From the NCBI GenBank assembly GCA_013152315.1, contig JAADGP010000043.1, positions 1 to 61,028 of the forward strand: a stretch of 61,028 nt of DNA. Direction: 5' to 3'. This stretch comes from FCB group bacterium. Lineage in GTDB: Bacteria > Fidelibacterota > Marinisomatia > Marinisomatales > JAADGP01. The notes below the pieces were generated by a model, which searched no databases, was not told where the DNA came from, and saw only the letters and a list, made by a program, of their open reading frames with translations. The position numbers and the translations under genes are program-made. Position 1 is the stretch's first letter. Every line of letters starts with the position of its first letter. This document shows positions 18,180-28,121 of this stretch, one piece after another.

Positions 18180-21002
18180 ATGGAAATATCAGCAATCTTA
18201 AAACAATTAAATTTATCCGAATTCGTTGCTTTCGATTTTGAAACCACCGGACTGGATCCGGTTGAAGACCGGATCATAGAAATTGCGGCCGTGCGGTTTG
18301 TTGACGGACAAATAACCGATCGGTTTGTTACCCTGGTTAATCCCGGGAAACAGATTTCGGAGGTAATAACCGATATTACCGGCATTTCAAATTCCATGGT
18401 GGAAGATGCCCCTCCCGAAAAAGAGGTTATTGCGGATTTCTTTGCCTTCCTGGGTAACGCTCCCTTGGTGGCCCATCATATTTCCTTTGACATCAGCTTC
18501 CTGAAAGCCTTGCATGACCGCCACGGGCGACCATATGTCGAGCACAAGCTTTACGACACACTGCAACTGGCGCGCTCCGTATTGTTCGATCGATCGGCCT
18601 ATAATTTGGGATCAATCGCCGATGAAATGGGACTGTCATCGAGCGGATCGCACCGCGCTGAAAAAGATGCGGAAAATTGCGGGCTGATTTTTCTCCGCCT
18701 GGTGGAAGAAACCGCCTCCCTCCCTTTGGAGGTCGTATCGAAAATCCTGGCCTTAATCAAATCGTCGACCATTCCGAATAAGGCGTTATTTGTGGATTTG
18801 GCGAATGTCTTAACCGCGCGTGGGGACTTGAAAAAGGGTTTGACCGAATCAAAGATCAGACGCCCGGTATACAAAAATATTTTTGAATATTCAGGTACCC
18901 GGGATATCCGGTCGATTTCAGCGGAGGATGTATTTGCGAAAGAGGGCCTGTTAAGTGGTGTACTGGAAAATTACGAAGAACGTGTCAATCAAATCCGGTA
19001 TGCCGAATTCGTGGAAAAAATCATTACCAATGATGCCAACATCGGAGTGGTCGAGGCGGGAACCGGTTTGGGAAAATCATTGGCGTATTTATTCCCGGCC
19101 TTGAAATGTTCCTTAATATCCGATTTCGAGGGCCCCACAATAATCTCCTGTCACACAAAACACCTGCAGGATCAATTATTCCATAAGGATTTACCACTCT
19201 TGGCCAAGGCGCTGGATGTTTCCTTACTGGCGGTGATCCTGAAAGGGCGGAATAATTATATTTGTTTGACGCGTTTGAATTGGGTGATTGCCGACGCCGC
19301 AAAAATCCTGAATGACAGTGAGGTGGAAAGCCTGATCCCGATTCTGATCTGGGTTCACCATACCCAAACGGGGGATATGTCGGAATGTACCGGCTTTTGG
19401 AGCAACCGTCCCACCAGGGTGGTAAGTTTAATCCAGAGTGATGCGGGGTTTTGTACCACCAACCTCTGCAATAAATACCATGGTTGTTTCTTCGGGAAGG
19501 TTCGCCGGGCGGTTTATGACGCTGATTTTATTATTGTTAATCATGCCCTCCTGTTATCCGAAATAGGAGCGCCGGGAATATTACCCCCCTATAATACGAT
19601 TATCATCGACGAAGCGCATAATTTAATCGGAACCGCCTACCGGCAATTAACCATCCATCTGGACCAGACATCGGTCATGGTACAATTGCAAACCCTCGAC
19701 CCGAAATACCAGGGGAATGTGCGCTGGAGCAGTGTCCTGAAATTGCTGTCGGGACATTATCCCGAATTTGAGAAATTGCGGAAAACGCTCGAACAGAATG
19801 TAAATGATGCCAAACAAGCGGCTAAAACCCTCTTTGAAATGTTGAACCTCAATTTCGCAAACCGGTACAATATTAACGATTTTTACCCCAGGAAGTACAT
19901 AATTGAAAACCTTGCGGAAGAGTTTAATGAAGTTTATGGTGAATTGGTCACACTGGGGAAAGCGCTTCAGGACCTTTTAGAAACGATAAAACAATTAGCC
20001 AGGGAATTGTTGGCGAAAGATGAAAGTAAGCTGGATTATCCCGCTTTACACCAGGTTTTTGAACAACAACAGGAAATATTGATTGAATTGACAACACGAT
20101 TGGCCACCCTTACGTCACAACAAGATACCGATTGGGTTTACTGGCAGGAGGGACAGTTTGTGCGTCGCGGTTATTCTTCCGGCCAGTTGAACATTTCGCT
20201 CCATTGCGCGCCGGTGGACGTGGCGAAAATATTGGCCGATAAATTCTTCGAAGCGGTGGAACATTGTGTGCTTACGTCAGCGACCCTTCAGGTCGATGAC
20301 AGTTTTGATTATTTCCTGAACCGTTCCGGACTGAACCAGATGGATCCCCAACAAGTAATTACCCGGACATACCCCAGCCCCTTTTATTATGAAGACCAGG
20401 TTACGTATCTTCAGTACGGCGGTTCCATAAGCATTACCAATAACCCATCGGCGTTGGCGGAGGCGATATATAATTGCCATAAGAAGTATAATAAAAGGAT
20501 AATGGCCCTGTTTACTTCATATAATACTTTAAATGGTGTGTACCGGGCGTTGCGCGCCAAATTCGAGGGTCGTGACCTCCCGATTTACGCTCAGGTGCAT
20601 GGTACTTCGCGCTACGCGATGATCCGCGGAATGCATCAATCATCCAATGGTATATTGTTGGGTACCAATGCTTTTTGGGAGGGGGTGGACTTACCCGGTG
20701 ACCTGTTAGAGGTATTGATCATTACCAAACTGCCTTTCGATGTACCCTCGGAACCGGTAATCAGAGCCTATTCCGCTAAAATCCATGAGCAGGGAGGCAA
20801 TTCGTTTGACGAATTTTCCGTGCCGGAATGCGTTATCAAGTTTCGACAGGGGTTTGGTCGTTTAATTCGCACAACCTCCGATGAAGGCGTTTTCATTGTG
20901 CTGGATGACCGGGTAGTGACGAAATCCTACGGGAAACATTTCAGCGCCGCAATCCCGGTCCGCATGCAGGTATTTACCCATCTCGAAGATTTGAAGTATT
21001 AA
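18180..21002 (+). CDS. dinG: DinG-family helicase fused to N-terminal DnaQ-like 3'-5' exonuclease
   Basis: 940 aa. Exo motifs DFETTGL, HHISFDISFL and HRAEKDAENC. Helicase Walker A AGTGLGKS and DEAH box IIIDEAHNL. A Cys cluster lies between them. Confidence 0.9.
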   Translation: MEISAILKQLNLSEFVAFDFETTGLDPVEDRIIEIAAVRFVDGQITDRFVTLVNPGKQISEVITDITGISNSMVEDAPPEKEVIADFFAFLGNAPLVAHHISFDISFLKALHDRHGRPYVEHKLYDTLQLARSVLFDRSAYNLGSIADEMGLSSSGSHRAEKDAENCGLIFLRLVEETASLPLEVVSKILALIKSSTIPNKALFVDLANVLTARGDLKKGLTESKIRRPVYKNIFEYSGTRDIRSISAEDVFAKEGLLSGVLENYEERVNQIRYAEFVEKIITNDANIGVVEAGTGLGKSLAYLFPALKCSLISDFEGPTIISCHTKHLQDQLFHKDLPLLAKALDVSLLAVILKGRNNYICLTRLNWVIADAAKILNDSEVESLIPILIWVHHTQTGDMSECTGFWSNRPTRVVSLIQSDAGFCTTNLCNKYHGCFFGKVRRAVYDADFIIVNHALLLSEIGAPGILPPYNTIIIDEAHNLIGTAYRQLTIHLDQTSVMVQLQTLDPKYQGNVRWSSVLKLLSGHYPEFEKLRKTLEQNVNDAKQAAKTLFEMLNLNFANRYNINDFYPRKYIIENLAEEFNEVYGELVTLGKALQDLLETIKQLARELLAKDESKLDYPALHQVFEQQQEILIELTTRLATLTSQQDTDWVYWQEGQFVRRGYSSGQLNISLHCAPVDVAKILADKFFEAVEHCVLTSATLQVDDSFDYFLNRSGLNQMDPQQVITRTYPSPFYYEDQVTYLQYGGSISITNNPSALAEAIYNCHKKYNKRIMALFTSYNTLNGVYRALRAKFEGRDLPIYAQVHGTSRYAMIRGMHQSSNGILLGTNAFWEGVDLPGDLLEVLIITKLPFDVPSEPVIRAYSAKIHEQGGNSFDEFSVPECVIKFRQGFGRLIRTTSDEGVFIVLDDRVVTKSYGKHFSAAIPVRMQVFTHLEDLKY

Positions 21003-21009
21003 TGTTAAA

Positions 21010-21196
21010 GTACGACAACCATCCCGCCGTTGCGGTACAGGTTCCCTGGTTGTCGAGTAGGATGCATCAACAGAAATCGTCAAGCAGGGATACAAAAGTA
21101 CGACAACCGTCCTCGGTTGTCGAGCGTGATCTCTCAGCAAAAACCGTCAAGCAGGCTTGCCTGGCGTAACGCAGTGTAGACAGGGATGCTTGACGG
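21010..21196. repeat. REP/BIME-like cluster (family 1), inverted relative to the RAYT locus
   Basis: A-long(+) 21010-21056, B half 21077-21094, A-short(+) 21098-21124 (GTACGACAACCGTCCTCGGTTGTCGAG), B-long(-) 21144-21196. Confidence 0.9.
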
Positions 21197-21256
21197 CATT
21201 TATTTTACCGGACGCTTCTTATTGTATTGAGACAGACAATCGCCCTAAATTACTTC

Positions 21257-22783
21257 ATGGCGATTGTTTCGGTTACACCCGATAGATATTCTTACCTGGA
21301 TTTTAAATCGTTTTTCACGACGCCTGTTAAAGTCCGCCTTTCCCGAGCAGCACAAAAAAATATCATTCAATCGCATGCACGATTGAAAGTATTGTTGAAT
21401 AAAGGCACCCGGATTTACGGTGTTAATACGGGGTTCGGGAATCTCAGTAAGATTTCGATTAGTAGGGAAGATCAGATGCAATTGCAATTGAATCTGGTCC
21501 GGAGCCACGCCGCCGGTGTGGGGAAACCGTTGGACAAGGGTTTGACGCGCCTGGTAATGTTTTTGAAACTACTGACGTTTGCCAAGGGAATAAGTGGTGT
21601 TCGATTGGAAGTGGCAAGACAAATCATTCGTTTTTTAAACCACGATATATTGCCCGTGATCCCCCGTAAAGGGTCCGTGGGCGCCAGTGGCGATTTGGCC
21701 CCCCTGGCGCATGTTGCCCTGTCACTAATCGGAGAAGGGGAAGCCCTTTTCCGGGATCGCGTCGTGCCCACTTTGTTGGCCTTGAAAGAAGTCGGAATAG
21801 AGCCCCTGTCTTTACAACCGAAAGAAGGTTTGAGCCTGATTAACGGGACCCAGGTTTCCACCGCGCTGGCTGTTAAAGCTCTTTTATCAGCAGATATGTT
21901 ATTAAAAACAGCGGATCTTGCGGGCGCGTTATCGGTCGAGGCGACTCTTTCGTCCCGTGACGTGTTTATAGCAGCCATCCATCAATTGAAATGTCATCCC
22001 GGCCAACAACAGTCAGCCCGAAATATCTGGAAAATCCTGGAGGGAAGTGAAATCGTATTGTCTCACAAGGATTGCAATCGGGTTCAGGATCCCTACAGCA
22101 TCCGGTGTATCCCCCATGTCCACGGCAGTAGCCGCGATGTATTCGCGGCGGCCCGGGTCATGATTGATCATGAAATTAACAGTGTCAGTGACAACCCTTT
22201 GATAATGAACACCGGTGAAGTGTATAGTTCCGGACATTTTCACGCTGAACCGGTTGCGCAGGCGTTGGACATGTTGGCGATTGCCATGAGTGAAATCGGC
22301 GCCATTTCCGAACGGCGGATTCACTTATTCATGAAGGGGATTGATAATAAGATTCCTCCCTTTCTCGCTCACAATCCGGGACTGGAATCGGGATACATGG
22401 TTGCCCAGGTAACCGCCGCGGCTTTGGCTTCCGAGAATAAGTCTTTAGCGCATCCCGCCAGTGTCGATTCCATTCCCACTTCGGCCGGACATGAGGATTT
22501 TGTCAGCATGGCGCCCTGGGCGGGACGCAAAGTCCTGCGGATCATTGAAAACGTGACGTTTATCCTTGCTATTGAAATCCTGATTGCCGTTAATTCGATT
22601 ATGGCCTATCATAAACGGTTAAAGCCCGGACATGGGACCCGGCTGATTATCGATAGTTTGAAGAAAGATGTTCATTTTACCCAGGGTGACCGCCCCTTAA
22701 GTAAAGATATCGGAATTGTATCCGAAATGATTAGAAATGGAAAAATAATTAATACTGTTCAAAAATATTTGGAATTGGAGTAA
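21257..22783 (+). CDS. hutH: histidine ammonia-lyase (MIO-dependent aromatic amino acid lyase family)
   Basis: MIO-forming GSVGASGDLAPLAH, TGFGNLS, and LVRSHAAGVG (the Ser-His pair is typical of HAL). ATG 21257 is preferred over TTG 21227. Confidence 0.88.
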   Translation: MAIVSVTPDRYSYLDFKSFFTTPVKVRLSRAAQKNIIQSHARLKVLLNKGTRIYGVNTGFGNLSKISISREDQMQLQLNLVRSHAAGVGKPLDKGLTRLVMFLKLLTFAKGISGVRLEVARQIIRFLNHDILPVIPRKGSVGASGDLAPLAHVALSLIGEGEALFRDRVVPTLLALKEVGIEPLSLQPKEGLSLINGTQVSTALAVKALLSADMLLKTADLAGALSVEATLSSRDVFIAAIHQLKCHPGQQQSARNIWKILEGSEIVLSHKDCNRVQDPYSIRCIPHVHGSSRDVFAAARVMIDHEINSVSDNPLIMNTGEVYSSGHFHAEPVAQALDMLAIAMSEIGAISERRIHLFMKGIDNKIPPFLAHNPGLESGYMVAQVTAAALASENKSLAHPASVDSIPTSAGHEDFVSMAPWAGRKVLRIIENVTFILAIEILIAVNSIMAYHKRLKPGHGTRLIIDSLKKDVHFTQGDRPLSKDIGIVSEMIRNGKIINTVQKYLELE

Positions 22784-22789
22784 ATAATC

Positions 22790-24259
22790 GTGTTAAATCG
22801 CCCCCCTTTTCGATATGCATTAACATTTGACGATGTTTTGTTGGTACCTCAGGAATCGCACGTACTTCCCAGGGAAGTGGATCTTACGACCCGACTAACT
22901 TCCCGGCTTTCGTTGAATATCCCCATTATCAGCGCTGCCATGGATACGGTGACGGAAAGTGAAATGGCCGTTGCCCTTGCGAGGGAAGGTGGAATCGGTG
23001 TGATTCACAAAAATTTGGAGATCGCGGAACAGGTACGGATGGTCGATCGGGTTAAACGGTCCGAAAGCGGGATGATCCGTAATCCGGTAACCTTGGATGC
23101 AAATAAAACCATCCGGGAGGCCAAACGTTTGATGTCTCATTTTCATATCAGTGGTTTACCGGTGGTCGAAAATGGGAAATTGGTGGGTATCCTGACCAAT
23201 CGTGACATTCGTTTCGAAACCAACCTGGATTTGCCCGTGAAGGCATGTATGACTTCCGAAAACCTGATTACCGTCCGGGAAGGAACAACCCTGGACAAGG
23301 CCAAGGAGATACTGCAAAAACATCGGATTGAGAAATTGTTGGTTGTCGACGCTTCCGGGAATTTGAAAGGTTTGATCACGGTTAAGGATATTCAGAAAAA
23401 AGAGCAGTTTCCGAACGCGTCCAAGGATAAAAATGGTCGTTTGTTGGTTGGCGCTGCCGTTGGAGTTGGGAAAGACGCCGTTGAGCGGGCCGAAGCGCTG
23501 GCCGGGGCCGAAGTGGATGTGGTGGTAATCGATACCGCCCATGGACATTCGGCCGGTGTATTACGGACGATTAAGGAAATAAAGTCCAAAATCGGAGACG
23601 TGGATCTGATCGCCGGCAATGTGGCCACCGGTGATGGTGTTAAGGCCTTAATCGAAGCCGGAGTGGATTGCGTGAAGGTGGGTATTGGCGCCGGGGCCAG
23701 TTGTACTACCCGCGTAATCGCGGGTGTGGGAGTACCCCAATTGTCAGCGATTATGGACAGCGTCGATGAAGCCCGAAGACACAACATTCCCGTAATTGCC
23801 GATGGGGGTATTCGTTACAGTGGCGACATAGCCAAAGCCCTGGCGGCCGGGGCCGATGCCGTGATGCTGGGTAGTTTGTTGGCCGGAATGGATGAAAGTC
23901 CCGGTGAAGCCATTTTATATGAAGGCCGGCAATATAAATCGTATCGTGGAATGGGCTCCCTGGGAGCCATGAAACAGGGCAGCGGCGACCGCTATTTTCA
24001 GGAGGGGGCGGAAGCGACTAAATTGGTTCCGGAAGGAATTGAAGGTATGGTTCCCTACCGGGGACCGGTACGGAAGACCATTCATCAACTGGTGGGGGGA
24101 GTACGGTCATCCATGGGATATTGTGGAGTAAGAACCATTCGCGAGTTCGGAGAAAGATCAAATTTCATCCAGATAACGATGGCCGGAATGAAAGAAAACC
24201 ATCCTCACGAAGTCAGGATTGTAAAGGAAGCCCCAAATTATCAGGTGTCCAAGCGATAA
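22790..24259 (+). CDS. guaB: IMP dehydrogenase
   Basis: 489 aa with a GTG start. [10 protein letters not shown], a CBS pair and the catalytic loop [12 protein letters not shown]-terminal ...[10 protein letters not shown]. Confidence 0.96.
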   Translation: MLNRPPFRYALTFDDVLLVPQESHVLPREVDLTTRLTSRLSLNIPIISAAMDTVTESEMAVALAREGGIGVIHKNLEIAEQVRMVDRVKRSESGMIRNPVTLDANKTIREAKRLMSHFHISGLPVVENGKLVGILTNRDIRFETNLDLPVKACMTSENLITVREGTTLDKAKEILQKHRIEKLLVVDASGNLKGLITVKDIQKKEQFPNASKDKNGRLLVGAAVGVGKDAVERAEALAGAEVDVVVIDTAHGHSAGVLRTIKEIKSKIGDVDLIAGNVATGDGVKALIEAGVDCVKVGIGAGASCTTRVIAGVGVPQLSAIMDSVDEARRHNIPVIADGGIRYSGDIAKALAAGADAVMLGSLLAGMDESPGEAILYEGRQYKSYRGMGSLGAMKQGSGDRYFQEGAEATKLVPEGIEGMVPYRGPVRKTIHQLVGGVRSSMGYCGVRTIREFGERSNFIQITMAGMKENHPHEVRIVKEAPNYQVSKR

Positions 24260-24353
24260 TTGGGGGGTAGATACTATTTTGGGGTGGATTATACCTGATT
24301 ATATTTTATAAGGCAAAAATATGGAACAAACCTAATCCGGCTAATTTATTGCC

Positions 24354-24614
24354 TCAGGTTTGTGTCAAAGAATTCAGATGACGCGTAATCTGAGCCTTTT
24401 TCCTTGCGGCAGTATTTTTATGGATTAATTTTTTATTGGCCATTTTGTCAATAAAACTTACTGCCTGCTTATAATATTTTTCCGCAACCCCGGCTTCGTC
24501 GGAGTTTAATACGTTTTTAATTAATGTCCGTAAACGGGACATATTTTGAATATTTCTCTCCCGGCGTGTTTCGTCCTGCCGGTTACGTTTTATCTGTTGT
24601 GGATGTCGATCCAT
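24354..24614 (-). CDS. rpsT: 30S ribosomal protein S20
   Basis: 86 aa and highly basic. KRNRQDETRRERN...LIHKNTAARKKAQITRHL is typical of S20. Confidence 0.9.
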   Translation of the reverse strand: MDRHPQQIKRNRQDETRRERNIQNMSRLRTLIKNVLNSDEAGVAEKYYKQAVSFIDKMANKKLIHKNTAARKKAQITRHLNSLTQT

Positions 24615-24978
24615 TCTGTTTTTATTCCTTTGAATATTGGGCGGAAAATTATCCTGAATTACTACAGGAAGTCAACCGAAAGTCAATATTTGTGTAATAC
24701 CTTAATAAAAGTACTATAAACCAATTTGCCGGCAGGTTAAATCGCCTTCCCGGCAAAAAGAAAATAATAGAGTGTTAAAGATGTATTATATCGTTTCCCC
24801 AAGCGTTAATCCATGTTTCTATAAGATCGATATAACATCCCGGAAGATTTCTACTCGTTTCTCGTTTGGTTTCTTAGGGCAAACCTACGAAATAAGGGAG
24901 AAAACCGACAATATAGGGTTGATATTTATTTGGGCTATAAAGATAAATAATTAAGGATATATTAATAATAAACAGAAT

Positions 24979-25012
24979 ATATTTAGGTATAATTAATATA
25001 AAACCTAAATAT
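24979..25012. promoter_or_regulatory. palindrome upstream of the porin-amt-glnK operon
   Basis: ATATTTAGGT (24979-24988) and ACCTAAATAT (25003-25012) are perfect reverse complements separated by an AT-only 14-nt spacer. The site is ~105 nt upstream of ATG 25116. Confidence 0.4.
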
Positions 25013-25115
25013 TTCTTGCTTTTAATGGTCGTTTTAATTTATTGTTCCACCCGTAAAAAGGATCGGATTTTGTCGAATTAACCGAATTCATGATAAAAGA
25101 AAGGTAAAAAGAAAG

Positions 25116-25766
25116 ATGAAAAGAAAGATGATACTTAGAACAGTATTGTTAGCGATGGTAGCGATTGTCAACATAACAGTAGCCTTTGGCCAGGTAGGCA
25201 TGGGGGCAAGTTTGGTAAGCCGTTATGTTTGGCGCGGAACTGACTACGGAAACTCTCCCAGTATTCAACCCGGACTAAGCTACGCCATTAAAAACATTGA
25301 GATAGGCGCATCAGCGGCCTGGTCGTTAACCGACAGCCCCGGTTGGAACGAAAATGATCTTTATATTACGGCTTCTTTCGGTTCTTTCGGATTGACGTTG
25401 ACGGATTACTTTTTCCCGGATTATGATGGGAATGATAATTTCTTCGATTATGGCGATGAAGCGGGAGTTCATACCCTTGAACTCAGTGCCTCTTACGGAT
25501 TAGGTGCCCTAAGTATAATGGGTGCTGTCGATGTCCGGGGAGATGCGGATAAATCCAAATATTTGGAAATTGGCTATGAATTACCTGCCAGCGACGGATA
25601 CAGCGCCGATCTGGTTGTAGGACTTGGAGACGGATTTTATACGACCGATGGCGCTTTTGATGCCGTTCACGTAGGGGTTAATGTGTCCAAGGATAGCTAT
25701 AGCGCGTCCTACATCATCAATCCTGACGGAGAAACTTCCTTTCTTGTTTTTGGAGTAAGTTTCTAA
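25116..25766 (+). CDS. small outer-membrane beta-barrel (TorF-like putative porin) upstream of amt
   Basis: 216 aa with a signal peptide (LLAMVAIVNITVAFGQ) and SRYVWRGTDYG. Alternating strands, with a C-terminal ...FLVFGVSF. Confidence 0.65.
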   Translation: MKRKMILRTVLLAMVAIVNITVAFGQVGMGASLVSRYVWRGTDYGNSPSIQPGLSYAIKNIEIGASAAWSLTDSPGWNENDLYITASFGSFGLTLTDYFFPDYDGNDNFFDYGDEAGVHTLELSASYGLGALSIMGAVDVRGDADKSKYLEIGYELPASDGYSADLVVGLGDGFYTTDGAFDAVHVGVNVSKDSYSASYIINPDGETSFLVFGVSF

Positions 25767-25796
25767 TAAAAGATAAATGAGACTGGAGAAATAAAA

Positions 25797-27089
25797 ATGA
25801 AAAAGATCTTTTTAATTATGGCTATGATTTTACTGTCACAGACAGTGCTGTTCGCCAGCTCGGAAACGGCAATAAATGCATATGCCATTGATAATATGTT
25901 CTTGTTCCTGGCGGCCGTATTGGTTCTCTTCATGCAATCCGGTTTTGCGATGCTGGAAGCCGGCCTGAACCGTTCCAAAAATGTTGTGAACATTCTGTTC
26001 AAGAATTTCATGGACATGAGTTTGGGAGTGATTCTATACTATGCAATAGGATATAGTTTAATGTATGGGAACTCATATTTAGGTGGTTGGTTCGGATTCG
26101 CCGGTTTCGGAATCAGTTCTGTTCCTCCCACACCAGCGGCTGGTGCTTTGAATCCCCAGGTGGACTGGTTATTCCAGGTTGCTTTTGCGGCCACGGCAGC
26201 AACCATTGTATCAGGTTCGGTTGCCGGTCGCATGCAGTTTAAATCGTACCTCATATACTCGATTATTATTACCGGACTCGTTTATCCCATAAGTGGTTTC
26301 TGGAAATGGGGTGGAGGATGGCTGGATGCCTTGGGTTTCTATGATTTTGCCGGATCGATTGTAGTCCATTCGGTAGGTGGGTTTGCCGGTTTAGCAGGCG
26401 CTTTGGTCCTCGGTCCGCGTATCGGTCGTTTCTCGCGGAATGGTCAGGTAAATGCGATCCCCGGTCACAATCTTGCCCTTGCTGCCTTGGGTGTATTCAT
26501 CCTATGGATCGGCTGGTATGGTTTTAACCCCGGAAGTCAGTTGGCTATCACCGGTGCGGATAACACCAACGCGGTTATGCTTATCGCCACTAATACAACT
26601 CTCGCGGCGGCCGCCGGTGCGGTATTTTCAATGTTGTTGGCCTGGTCTCTGTATAAGAAGCCGGATCTTACCATGGCTTTGAATGGTGCCTTGGCGGGTC
26701 TGGTCGGAATTACCGCGAATTGTGATTCCGTTACCAACAATGAAGCGATCATAATTGGCCTCGTTGCGGGAATTCTTGTGGTATTGGGGATTAAATTGCT
26801 TGATAATCTAAAGATTGATGACCCTGTCGGTGCCTGGCCGGTCCATGGTTTATGCGGTATCTGGGGCGGTATTGCCACGGGGATCTTCGGACCCTATTCC
26901 CTTACTTCCCAAATAATCGGTTCAGTAGTGATACCAATCTGGGCCTTCGGAACGATGTACGCCTTATTTACCTTCTTGAAAAGCCTCGGTATTCTCCGGG
27001 TCTCCGAAGAAGATGAATTGCGTGGGCTGGATATCAGCGAACATGGTGAAGAAGCTTACAGTGGTTTTCAGATTTTTACTGCTGAATAA
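25797..27089 (+). CDS. amt: ammonium transporter
   Basis: 430 aa with FMQSGFAMLEAG, DFAGSIVVHSVGG and WPVHGLCGIWGG, the canonical Amt/MEP motifs. Confidence 0.96.
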   Translation: MKKIFLIMAMILLSQTVLFASSETAINAYAIDNMFLFLAAVLVLFMQSGFAMLEAGLNRSKNVVNILFKNFMDMSLGVILYYAIGYSLMYGNSYLGGWFGFAGFGISSVPPTPAAGALNPQVDWLFQVAFAATAATIVSGSVAGRMQFKSYLIYSIIITGLVYPISGFWKWGGGWLDALGFYDFAGSIVVHSVGGFAGLAGALVLGPRIGRFSRNGQVNAIPGHNLALAALGVFILWIGWYGFNPGSQLAITGADNTNAVMLIATNTTLAAAAGAVFSMLLAWSLYKKPDLTMALNGALAGLVGITANCDSVTNNEAIIIGLVAGILVVLGIKLLDNLKIDDPVGAWPVHGLCGIWGGIATGIFGPYSLTSQIIGSVVIPIWAFGTMYALFTFLKSLGILRVSEEDELRGLDISEHGEEAYSGFQIFTAE

Positions 27090-27196
27090 GTGTGTCAATA
27101 TGGTTAATGTAATGCCCGGTGTTGTAAGTTGCTAAAGGTTGTATTAGGTTAACCATGAAATTGATAATGTCAATAATTATAAGAAGAGGATAGGTT

Positions 27197-27544
27197 ATGA
27201 AACTGATAATTGCAATCGTTCAGCCTCAGGAACTTCCCGCCATTAAGGAAGCATTATTGAGAAAAAAGATCCACAAGTTCACCGTCTCTAATGTGTTGGG
27301 AAGAGGTATGGAAACACCGATACATGAGATATATCGTGGAATCGCTCATGATATTAAATTGTTGAAGAAAGTGCGTATTGAAATTGCTGTCAACGATGAA
27401 TATGTGGATGCGGCCGTGGATGCCATTTGTAGTGTGGCTAAAGGGGTCGATGAAGAAGAAGGACGTGGTAAGATATTCGTGTTACCGATTGAGCAATGTA
27501 TCCGCATTCGAACCGGTGAAACCGGACCGACCGCTATCGGATAA
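27197..27544 (+). CDS. glnK: P-II nitrogen regulatory protein
   Basis: 115 aa with MKLIIAIVQP..., a T-loop bearing Tyr (HEIYRG) and a C-terminal IRIRTGETG. Directly downstream of amt. Confidence 0.92.
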   Translation: MKLIIAIVQPQELPAIKEALLRKKIHKFTVSNVLGRGMETPIHEIYRGIAHDIKLLKKVRIEIAVNDEYVDAAVDAICSVAKGVDEEEGRGKIFVLPIEQCIRIRTGETGPTAIG

Positions 27545-27558
27545 TCCATCAGAATGAG

Positions 27559-27592
27559 ATTTATTGCCGGATTATTACTCCCGGCAATAAAT
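27559..27592. terminator. perfect 12-bp hairpin immediately after the glnK stop
   Basis: ATTTATTGCCGG (27559-27570), loop ATTATTACTC, CCGGCAATAAAT (27581-27592). There is no T-tract, so the function is uncertain. Confidence 0.4.
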
Positions 27593-27603
27593 AAGTGAAC
27601 ACA

Positions 27604-27660
27604 ACACGAGGGTTTTTCAATGATACCTTATTGGAAAACCCTCGTGTCTTATTTGCTTTT
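27604..27660 (+). terminator. rho-independent terminator after glnK
   Basis: 13-bp perfect stem ACACGAGGGTTTT / AAAACCCTCGTGT (27604-27616 / 27635-27647) followed by the T-rich CTTATTTGCTTTT. Confidence 0.75.
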
Positions 27661-27935
27661 GAATGTCAGTTACTATTTAACTATTGTAAAAAGAATACGT
27701 AAACATATTGAAATTGAAAAAGGCTTAGGCTTAGGCGAAGACTGAGGAGAGAATATTTTCAGGGGGAAAGTATGAGGAATTATTTTTTTGTATACTTAAC
27801 TCGGTGGGGAATATGTTAATAATTGGTAAGTCGAAAAGTTGGGAAGTCCTAATCCGCCGGAAAGATAGGCAAGTGTCAGGGGAATATCGAACATGGTTTT
27901 TTCTTAAATCGGGGCATAAACATGCAAGGGGAATA

Positions 27936-27982
27936 TCATACGTTCCCGACAGTCGAAACGCTCCGACATGTTTCACGTTTCA
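27936..27982 (+). repeat. family-2 element, short copy
   Basis: ACGTTCCCGACAGTCGAAACGCTCCGACATGTTTCACGTTTCAG. It lacks the 3' stem half. Confidence 0.6.
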
Positions 27983-28121
27983 GACTCTTTTCCTCAACCT
28001 GTGTCTTTGCCTTCATGGATATCCAAAAATGAAGAATACAATAGAATTTGGATATAATTTATCAACCCACAAGTAATATTTTACAAACATATCACGTTTC
28101 GCATATCGGCAACTGGTGAAG

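Noticed and set aside
24772-24954. A 60-aa ORF lies in the AT-rich region upstream of the amt operon.
   Set aside because: It has AT-driven Ile/Lys/Phe/Tyr-rich composition and no motifs or RBS. It is probably a chance ORF in a regulatory region.
24900-25115. A sigma-54 (-24 GG / -12 GC) promoter or an NtcA GTA-N8-TAC box could lie upstream of the amt operon.
   Set aside because: Around the only TTGC-like string (25016-25019) there is no GG at the required 12-nt spacing. The closest GTA-N8 match ends in ATA, not TAC.
27804-28076. A 90-aa ORF and its 81-aa antisense partner lie in the gap between glnK and the macro-domain gene.
   Set aside because: The ORF spans a truncated family-2 repeat and has odd composition, with no RBS. 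The gap is more likely non-coding spacer between convergent transcription units.
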